Below, piece by piece: positions 57,623 through 64,000 of a stretch of DNA of 64,000 nt (the stretch's first letter is position 1; every line of letters begins with the position of its first letter). The DNA comes from an uncultured Gammaproteobacteria bacterium (GTDB taxonomy: Bacteria; Patescibacteriota; Patescibacteriia; 2-01-FULL-39-33): NCBI GenBank assembly GCA_964512625.1, contig CAZEKG010000004.1, forward strand, positions 9,223 to 73,222, read 5' to 3'. The notes beneath the pieces were generated by a model. It was not told the origin of the DNA. It ran no database searches and saw only the letters and a program-made list of their open reading frames with translations. Position numbers and translations under genes: made by a program.

Positions 57623-58516
57623 TTAAATCAAAATCAATACCAATCCGCCAATAATAAGCGCCGTAGCCGCCGCCTTTTGGATCAAAACTTTTTTCGTCAT
57701 CTTCTCTTCGAGAATTTTCGGGAATTTTCTCGATAAGACCAAAATAATAATTAAAAGGAAAACATACTCCAAGCCTCTTAAAGCATTAATGATAGCGACG
57801 CTTTGAGAAATGGAAATAGCATAGTTTACAAGAATAAAACTTAAAGCCCCGCAAACTTGCCCGAAAATGAATAAGCTGGTCGATTGCTTTTCCGGCTGTT
57901 TGATTTCATGAAAAATATCCTGGCGATTCTTCGCGATAAAAAGAAAAGCGAAAGCGCCGATAAAAGTTCCGAGCCGAGCGGTAACAAAAACTGTTGTGAA
58001 ATCCTGATGATCATAAAGGTATTTCGATAAGACATACGAGAGAGCGAAAAGTATGGTCGCAATTAAAGCAAGAATATAACCGGCACGGGATTTATTAGTT
58101 TGTTTCTGACGCGAGATTAAAACCGTTCCAAGAAGGATTGCAATAAAGCCGAAGAAACCGAACCAACTTAATTGCTCCCCTAAAAATAAGTAAGCCAAGA
58201 ATAAGACGAAAACCGGCTGCCAACCACCCATAAAAGGCGTAATCCTCGAGGCTTCGTTCTTACTTAAAGCCTTAAACATATAAAGATACGCGAAAGCGAA
58301 GATAAAGCCGGAGATAAGATCAAGAGCGAAAAGCGTCCAAGGATAACCAAAGCTGAAACCGAAAGGCGCGATAATGACGCCTAAGACGCTTAAAGCGGAA
58401 ATAAAAAAAGCGTAAACCGCCGGATTGGAAATCTTTTTCGATAAAAGAAATTTATCCGTCGTTGTCGCTATAGCGTTTAAAAAATAAGCGAAAATGATAA
58501 TTATCAGCCAACTCAT
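57623..58516 (-). CDS. EamA/DMT family transporter
   Basis: 10 TM segments in two EamA-like halves. Confidence 0.65.
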   Translation of the reverse strand: MSWLIIIIFAYFLNAIATTTDKFLLSKKISNPAVYAFFISALSVLGVIIAPFGFSFGYPWTLFALDLISGFIFAFAYLYMFKALSKNEASRITPFMGGWQPVFVLFLAYLFLGEQLSWFGFFGFIAILLGTVLISRQKQTNKSRAGYILALIATILFALSYVLSKYLYDHQDFTTVFVTARLGTFIGAFAFLFIAKNRQDIFHEIKQPEKQSTSLFIFGQVCGALSFILVNYAISISQSVAIINALRGLEYVFLLIIILVLSRKFPKILEEKMTKKVLIQKAAATALIIGGLVLILI

Positions 58517-58696
58517 AAGGGAGGGTTATTTTTAGCAATTATAGCATTTTAAAGCCAATTTAAAAAGCTCGCCTGACGACGAGCTAAATGATCACAATTC
58601 GCGTTCTTTTTTTCAGGACAATAGGTGCCAAGATCGCGATTTTCATTCCCTCTCTCCTTCCTTTAGGTAAGGGGTTATGCGCGCGAAATGACCTAG

Positions 58697-59041
58697 TTAG
58701 TTAAGGGTAACTATCTTAACTCGTCGCCCAAATTTCCGGCAGCCTATATCTTGAATAGTCCGAAATTGGTCCGGCAACTCGCCCGAAGAGTACTCGATTA
58801 GGAACCGCCCCCCAGCCAAGCTGGTAACCATGTACAGACCATCACCCAGCGAGTGAGTTTTCCTGAAAAACATGTTGCTCGGGAGATGATACCAGTGACG
58901 AGGCCGGCCGACGAACTCCATGAAGGTCGCATGGAACTCCAACCTCCTAATGACGCTACAAAAGACAATAACCGTGAGGCCTATCAGAACCGGCTTCCAA
59001 AAATCGAAATCGAAACTGAAATGAACTCCCATGATATCCAT
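58697..59041 (-). CDS. hypothetical protein with an N-terminal TM segment
   Basis: Own promoter TTGACA-17 nt-TAAGAT (59118..59090 on the minus strand). RBS GAAGGGGAG. Downstream terminator GCTCGtcgtcaggCGAGCttttt at ~58566..58590. G+C-richer than the neighbours. Confidence 0.4.
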   Translation of the reverse strand: MDIMGVHFSFDFDFWKPVLIGLTVIVFCSVIRRLEFHATFMEFVGRPRHWYHLPSNMFFRKTHSLGDGLYMVTSLAGGRFLIEYSSGELPDQFRTIQDIGCRKFGRRVKIVTLN

Positions 59042-59160
59042 GTTTTCTCCCCTTCTTGTCGCCCTAAGCGACTTAGATCCGCTAAAAACGTAAAGAACTC
59101 ATGTCCTAAAGACCTTATATCTTAATACATTTGCCATTTTTTGTCAATACCGGGTAAATC

Positions 59161-60183
59161 CTATTCAATCATCATGCCGTCGCCAAAGCTGAAAAAACGA
59201 TACTTTTCCTTAATCGCTTCTTGATAAGCCTTATTTATCAGCTTTTTACTCGAAAAAGCGCTGACCAGCATCAATAAGGTCGATTTCGGGGTATGGAAAT
59301 TAGTAATAATACTATCGACAAAATTGAATTTATAACCCGGATAAATGAAAATATCGATCCATTTACCTCCCGACTTAACTTTTCCGGCCTCACAATGAGC
59401 TTCCAACGTTCTAACGCTCGTAGTTCCGACCGCAATTATCCGCCGACCTTCCTCTTTGGCTTCATTCAATCTCTTGGCCGTCGCCTTATCTATTTCTCCG
59501 TATTCGCTATGAATCTTATGCTCCTCAATATAATCTGTCTTAACCGGCGCAAAGGTTCCTAGTCCGACATGAAGAGTTACAAATTCGATTTGAATCCCCT
59601 GTTTTTTAAGCTTCGCTAATAACGGCTTAGTAAAATGAAGCCCGGCTGTCGGTGCAGCGACCGAACCTTGCTTCTTCGCATAAACCGTTTGATAATCATC
59701 AAGTTCCGATTCCTTCTTAATATAGGGCGGTAAAGGCGTCTTACCTGCTTTAAAAAGCTCGCGATCGGAAACATTGAATTGAACTGCCCAAACGCCATCA
59801 GTTTCTTTATTTAAAACTGTCGCTTTTATCTTTTTAGAAATACCGACTGATAGCCCGCTCTGGGCCTTACCGCGAATAAGACAATTCCATTTCCTATTTC
59901 CTGTCTTACTTAATAAAAATATTTCTATTCCTCCGCCCGTCTCCTTCTTACCGATAAGCCGCGCCGGAATGACTTTGGAATTATTAAAAACTAAAACATC
60001 TCCCGGCTTCAATATATCGGGTAGATCGCAAAATTGATTATGGAAAATCCGGCCACTCTTTTTATTTAAAACAAGAAGTCGCGCCTGGTCGCGCGGCTTA
60101 ATCGGTTCTTGGCCGATAAGTTCGGCCGGGAGATAATAATCAAACTCCGTTATGGGGGTGAGTTGCAGCTCTGACTTTTTCAT
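59161..60183 (-). CDS. queA: S-adenosylmethionine:tRNA ribosyltransferase-isomerase
   Basis: N-terminus LTPITEFDYYLPAELIGQEP, TAGLHFT, and a C-terminal queA-like region. The start was set at MKKSEL. The longer ORF extends to 60276. Confidence 0.85.
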   Translation of the reverse strand: MKKSELQLTPITEFDYYLPAELIGQEPIKPRDQARLLVLNKKSGRIFHNQFCDLPDILKPGDVLVFNNSKVIPARLIGKKETGGGIEIFLLSKTGNRKWNCLIRGKAQSGLSVGISKKIKATVLNKETDGVWAVQFNVSDRELFKAGKTPLPPYIKKESELDDYQTVYAKKQGSVAAPTAGLHFTKPLLAKLKKQGIQIEFVTLHVGLGTFAPVKTDYIEEHKIHSEYGEIDKATAKRLNEAKEEGRRIIAVGTTSVRTLEAHCEAGKVKSGGKWIDIFIYPGYKFNFVDSIITNFHTPKSTLLMLVSAFSSKKLINKAYQEAIKEKYRFFSFGDGMMIE

Positions 60184-60691
60184 TGATTCTTTGAATAGTT
60201 TTAGCGACATGATAGGGATCGGGAATTTGTTCAAAAACAAATCTCTCCGTTTCTCCGGCGGATTGGATATAGACATCGCCGTAATGGAGCATGGTCGGAA
60301 AAAAGCCTTTCTGTTCGACTGTCACATCTTGGATCCGATTAAGATCAAGCTCGGAAACGGTCCGATTGAATAAAGCGTTCTGCTCGCGACTAATAATTCG
60401 CTCCGTCGTTACTGTCCAAACATCAAGATAAATTTCCGTCCAAGCCGTAAAAGCAAAAACGATAATGAATAGAAGATAAGAGAATAATAAAACGATTAAA
60501 ACGGAATAATATCTTTGATCATCAAAAACCCAAGGTAGGCTATAAGAAATAAAAATATAAATCGCCAAAGGAATAAGAAAAAGGAAAATGTAATAAAGAA
60601 AAGTTGTTAGAAAAACGAACCAATGCCGCCGAAGATGGAAGACAACCTCCTCGCCTGCTTTCTTATTGGGAATATAATTGAGTGGGATCAT
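60140..60691 (-). CDS. bacterial PH-domain (YdbS/YdbT-like) membrane protein
   Basis: Two N-terminal TM segments, then a bPH_2-like segment (TTERIISREQNALFNRTVSELDLNRIQDVTVEQ). Confidence 0.55.
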   Translation of the reverse strand: MIPLNYIPNKKAGEEVVFHLRRHWFVFLTTFLYYIFLFLIPLAIYIFISYSLPWVFDDQRYYSVLIVLLFSYLLFIIVFAFTAWTEIYLDVWTVTTERIISREQNALFNRTVSELDLNRIQDVTVEQKGFFPTMLHYGDVYIQSAGETERFVFEQIPDPYHVAKTIQRINEKVRAATHPHNGV

Positions 60692-60963
60692 AAGCCTTGT
60701 TTCATGTTAGTAAAGCCGCTAAAATCAACGCCCATGGCACTGAAATCAAGAATCGGCTGAGTCCAATCGATGACTAATAATTGACTGAAAGAGAAGATTA
60801 GAAAAATACTGACCAAGAAAATATAGCCAATCATGACCGAGACATTAACGATACTGAAAAAACCGAAAGAGATTAAATGATAAATATTAAACAGGCTATA
60901 TAAAATAAACATAGCGACGACCGCGAGATAAAAATAATAGAAGACTGCTAAAGTTATAACCAT
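60688..60963 (-). CDS. small hydrophobic protein
   Basis: Three predicted TM segments. Overlaps the downstream gene by 4 nt. Confidence 0.3.
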   Translation of the reverse strand: MVITLAVFYYFYLAVVAMFILYSLFNIYHLISFGFFSIVNVSVMIGYIFLVSIFLIFSFSQLLVIDWTQPILDFSAMGVDFSGFTNMKQGL

Positions 60964-60986
60964 ATTTAATTCTCAATTTCGAGTTT

Positions 60987-62012
60987 TTAAAATTGTCCTA
61001 AATCGGCCGGCGGCTCGATTCCTAAATGCTTGTAAGCAAGCTCTGTCGCGACTCGCCCGCGCGGTGTTCGATTGATAAAACCAATCTGTAATAGAAAGGG
61101 CTCGATTACATCCTCGATCGTATCCATTTCTTCCGCTAAAGAAGAGGCGACCGTATTAAGGCCGACAGGCCCGCCGGAAAATTTCTTAATAATAACTTCA
61201 AGGAAATCGCGATCGATCTTATCTAGTCCGGCCTCATCAACTTCTAACATGCTCAAGGCTTCGCCAGCGGATTCATCATCAATTTTACCATTTTTCCTGA
61301 CTTGCGCAAAATCGCGGACGCGCTTTAAAAGCCGATTAGCTATTCGCGGCGTTTGACGCGACCTCTTAGCGATTTCTCGGCCGGCTGATTCTTCCATTTC
61401 AATCCCTAAGATTTTCGAAGCGCGATTTAAGATCGCCTCTATCTCGTTATTGGCATAAAAATTCAAACGATGGATGTTGCCGAACCGATCCCTTAAAGGC
61501 GAAGATAGCCCGCTCATCTTTGTTGTCGCCCCGATTAAAGTGAATCGCGGCAAGTTTAAACGCAAGGTTCGCGCCGAAGGCCCCTTGCCAATAATAATAT
61601 CGAGGACATAATCTTCCATGGCCGGGTAAAGGATTTCTTCAACCGACTTATTTAACCGATGGATTTCATCAATGAATAAAACATCGCCGTCATTAAGGCT
61701 CGTGATAATTGCCGCAAGATCCCCTGCCCGCTCAATCGCCGGACCAGAAGTCACTTTTATATCGCTCCCCATCTCATTAGCAATAACATGCGCTAAAGTC
61801 GTCTTACCGAGCCCCGGCGGCCCGAAGATTAAAACATGCTCTAGGGCCTCTCCCCTGTTCTTGGCCGCTTCTATAAAAATGCTAAGATTTTCCTTGACCT
61901 GAGGCTGGCCGATATACTCTTCAAGTTTTTGCGGCCGCAAAGTTAAATCTAACGCCTTATCTATCGGCGCTTCAATCGACGAAACAACTGATTCTTCCAA
62001 TTCTTCTTCCAT
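60987..62012 (-). CDS. ruvB: Holliday junction DNA helicase RuvB
   Basis: Walker [12 protein letters not shown], Walker B DEIHRL, sensor motifs and a C-terminal winged helix. Confidence 0.9.
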   Translation of the reverse strand: MEEELEESVVSSIEAPIDKALDLTLRPQKLEEYIGQPQVKENLSIFIEAAKNRGEALEHVLIFGPPGLGKTTLAHVIANEMGSDIKVTSGPAIERAGDLAAIITSLNDGDVLFIDEIHRLNKSVEEILYPAMEDYVLDIIIGKGPSARTLRLNLPRFTLIGATTKMSGLSSPLRDRFGNIHRLNFYANNEIEAILNRASKILGIEMEESAGREIAKRSRQTPRIANRLLKRVRDFAQVRKNGKIDDESAGEALSMLEVDEAGLDKIDRDFLEVIIKKFSGGPVGLNTVASSLAEEMDTIEDVIEPFLLQIGFINRTPRGRVATELAYKHLGIEPPADLGQF

Positions 62013-62098
62013 ATTATTCTAATCTTATCATTGTAACTGAAAAGATTCAATTGTCGGCTCGTATTGAATTTTTAGTCAATTAGAAGTAAAATCTAGTT

Positions 62099-63136
62099 AT
62101 GGCAAGAATAATTTACGGGGTCTCCGGCCAAGGCTTTGGCCATTCAACCCGAAGCAAAGAAATTCTCACTCACCTGGCCTCTAAGGGTCATGAGCTTTTA
62201 GTATTTACTTATAATCAAGGGGCTTATTTCCTTAAAGACGACTTTAATATTTGGGAAGTGCCCGGATTAGAACTGACTTATAAGAACAATAAACTGGTTT
62301 ATTGGAATACGATTGTTAAAAATGTCGGTAAGCTCGCCCGCCAATCGAAAAATTGGAAAGAGAATTTATCTAAGTTTAGGGAATTCAATCCTGATTTAGT
62401 CATAACCGACTTCGAGCCGCTTTCAGCCGTACTCGCTAAGGTCCAAAGAATTCCGCTAATTTCTCTCGACAATCAGCATCAAATGACCAATACCAAACTT
62501 GAACTGCCCATAAAATATAAGAAAGATCTTATGGCTGATCAAATGGTCATAAAATCCCTAGTTTGGGGGGCTAAATACTATCTCCTCACCTCTTTTTTCA
62601 AAACCGAAATAAAAAAGAAACATACCTTCCTCTTTCCCCCGATTCTAAGAAAGGAAATAAGGGAGTTAAAAACCGAAAAACGCGATTATATCCTAGTTTA
62701 TCAAACGACCGCCTTTGGTTCTTTAATTGAGGAATTGAAAAAAATAGATCAAAAATTCATCGTTGTTGGACAAGAAATAGCTAAAATAGAAGGAAATGTC
62801 ACTCTTAAGAAATATAGCCGGGAAGAATGGCTAAGTGATCTCGCTAATTGTAAAGCTATTATCGGTACGGCGGGATTAAGCCTAATAACAGAGAGCCTTT
62901 ATCTTGAAAAGCCTTATTTAGCCATTCCGATCAATAAACAAATCGAACAAGTTATAAACGCCCATTATTTAAGAAAAATGAATTACGGCGATTACTGCTA
63001 TAAGTTCAATAAAGAGTGTTTCGAGGACTTTTTAAAGCGCCTGCCCGAATTTGAAGCTTCTTTAAAGAACTATCCTAAATCTGATAATTCCGAAATTCTA
63101 AAAAAACTAGATGAGTTAATAGATTATTTGGCCTAA
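62099..63136 (+). CDS. glycosyltransferase, MJ1255/TIGR00661-like (GT-B fold)
   Basis: N-terminal GVSGQGFGHSTRSKEI, typical of this GT family. Confidence 0.6.
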   Translation: MARIIYGVSGQGFGHSTRSKEILTHLASKGHELLVFTYNQGAYFLKDDFNIWEVPGLELTYKNNKLVYWNTIVKNVGKLARQSKNWKENLSKFREFNPDLVITDFEPLSAVLAKVQRIPLISLDNQHQMTNTKLELPIKYKKDLMADQMVIKSLVWGAKYYLLTSFFKTEIKKKHTFLFPPILRKEIRELKTEKRDYILVYQTTAFGSLIEELKKIDQKFIVVGQEIAKIEGNVTLKKYSREEWLSDLANCKAIIGTAGLSLITESLYLEKPYLAIPINKQIEQVINAHYLRKMNYGDYCYKFNKECFEDFLKRLPEFEASLKNYPKSDNSEILKKLDELIDYLA

Positions 63137-63261
63137 TTTAAACATAATATCTAAATTTAAACAAAATACCGGAGTAATTAGTTCCGGTTTTGTTTTTAAT
63201 ATCATTAAAACCAACTTATTTAGTAGGTTATAATTCTGATCCTAAAAAGCTGAATAAAAAC

Positions 63262-63270
63262 TGTGGATAA
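63262..63270. promoter_or_regulatory. DnaA box (TGTGGATAA, a perfect match to TTATCCACA on the other strand)
   Basis: Exact 9-mer. A degenerate box GGGGATAAA lies 11 bp downstream. Confidence 0.45.
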
Positions 63271-63440
63271 ACTGTTGCTAAAGGGGATAAATGTCTAGAC
63301 ATGTCTGGACAGAACTCAAAAACCTAAGACTGTTCATAAGTCAACCTTTAAAACTGTTTTTGGCTAAATTTAGATAAATATATATTAGCTAAAATAAGCC
63401 AAATATATTTAGACGATCATTTTACCAATAAAAAAGAAAA

Positions 63441-63456
63441 TGTTTCACGTGAAACA
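63441..63456. promoter_or_regulatory. parS site 1 (TGTTTCACGTGAAACA)
   Basis: Exact match to the chromosomal ParB-binding consensus tGTTtCAcGTGAAACa. Confidence 0.8.
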
Positions 63457-63537
63457 TTTTGTATTTGCGAGCCTTAAAAAATATTGGCATCTAAGACCCC
63501 TTTAACTTCTATTTATTATCCCAAAGCCCCTTTAGTT

Positions 63538-63662
63538 GTCATCCCGGACCTGCCTGTCCGGTAGGCAGGCTTGATCCGGGATCCAGGTTAATTAAAAATT
63601 CGATCTAATTAAACCTGGATTCCCGCCCCTGCCTACCGGTAGGCAAGGTGCGCGGGAATGAC
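63538..63662. repeat. 125-bp G+C-rich imperfect palindrome (MITE/REP-like hairpin element)
   Basis: Arms GTCATCCCGGACCTGCCTGTCCGGTAGGCAGG...CCTGCCTACCGGTAGGCAAGGTGCGCGGGAATGAC. It contains the perfect 20-bp palindrome CCTGCCTACCGGTAGGCAGG. Confidence 0.7.
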
Positions 63663-63689
63663 AATCAAAGAGGATATTAACTAATAAAA

Positions 63690-63705
63690 TGTTTCACGTG
63701 AAACA
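63690..63705. promoter_or_regulatory. parS site 2
   Basis: TGTTTCACGTGAAACA inside a 24-bp perfect palindrome. Confidence 0.8.
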
Positions 63706-63772
63706 TTTTCAACTTTTAGAACTCCCTGCAAGAAATAATCCAACCCTGATAAACAATTAACGATTTACAAAT

Positions 63773-63788
63773 TGTTTCACGTGAAACA
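63773..63788. promoter_or_regulatory. parS site 3
   Basis: TGTTTCACGTGAAACA. Confidence 0.8.
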
Positions 63789-63865
63789 TTTTGTAAAATT
63801 CCAATCTATACTAATAAATGAGTAAAATGCTAAAACTCGACGATAAACTTGTCTTTTTTAAGAAA

Positions 63866-63881
63866 TGTTTCACGTGAAACA
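63866..63881. promoter_or_regulatory. parS site 4
   Basis: TGTTTCACGTGAAACA inside a 32-bp perfect palindrome TTAAGAAATGTTTCACGTGAAACATTTCTTAA. Confidence 0.8.
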
Positions 63882-63958
63882 TTTCTTAAATTAAAAAACG
63901 TCCGATTTTCGATTGATATTTTTGGTTATCATTTTCTTAATGACTAGTTATTTGAAAA

Positions 63959-63974
63959 TGTTTCACGTGAAACA
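63959..63974. promoter_or_regulatory. parS site 5
   Basis: TGTTTCACGTGAAACA inside a 32-bp perfect palindrome TTTGAAAATGTTTCACGTGAAACATTTTCAAA. Confidence 0.8.
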
Positions 63975-64000
63975 TTTTCAAAAATTGAACTAAATAAATA

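Noticed and set aside
63437-63982. Evenly spaced ~24-32 bp repeats separated by ~60-bp unique spacers, superficially CRISPR-like
   Set aside because: The repeats are perfect palindromes identical to the parS consensus TGTTTCACGTGAAACA. CRISPR repeats are not full palindromes, spacers here are irregular (250, 83, 93, 93 bp) and no cas genes are present. I interpret them as ParB-binding sites.

Overview
This 64 kb window is AT-rich with local G+C-rich patches and is densely coding, with many overlapping or tightly coupled genes. The gene content suggests a reduced-genome bacterium, plausibly CPR/Patescibacteria-like (inference from pilin-like TrbC/VirB2 paralog arrays, a four-helix-bundle gene, many aaRS and few biosynthetic genes). 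Housekeeping genes recognised by motif: tyrS, trpS, thrS, argS, ileS, ruvA, ruvB, queA, plsC, an ABC-2 transporter, an MsbA-like exporter, a Wzx flippase and one tRNA-Ser(CGA). Accessory content stands out in four places. (1) A 5' block (~0.4-7.8 kb) is rich in nucleotide-acting proteins: two NUDIX hydrolases, a SLOG/TIGR00725 protein, an HD hydrolase and three small HExxH proteins. It also holds a compositionally atypical G+C-rich three-gene operon (PRTase, P-loop kinase-like, Pol-beta nucleotidyltransferase). The block is bracketed by two interleaved pairs of repeated promoter-like elements, and I regard it as the best candidate for an undescribed nucleotide-based conflict or salvage module. 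(2) A G+C-richer operon couples a DUF62 SAM hydroxide adenosyltransferase, a beta-propeller protein and an unknown protein to tyrS. (3) Seven tandem pilin-like paralogs are co-transcribed with an orphan solute-binding protein. (4) The 3' end looks origin-proximal: a perfect DnaA box, an AT-rich tract and five consensus parS palindromes (TGTTTCACGTGAAACA) within ~550 bp, interrupted by a 125-bp G+C-rich hairpin element. thrS has a clear T-box leader and ileS a possible one. Several small genes lie below the 60-aa cutoff of the ORF track, including a K/A-rich basic peptide, a Cys-rich peptide and small membrane proteins. No transposase, integrase, CRISPR array or rRNA was seen.
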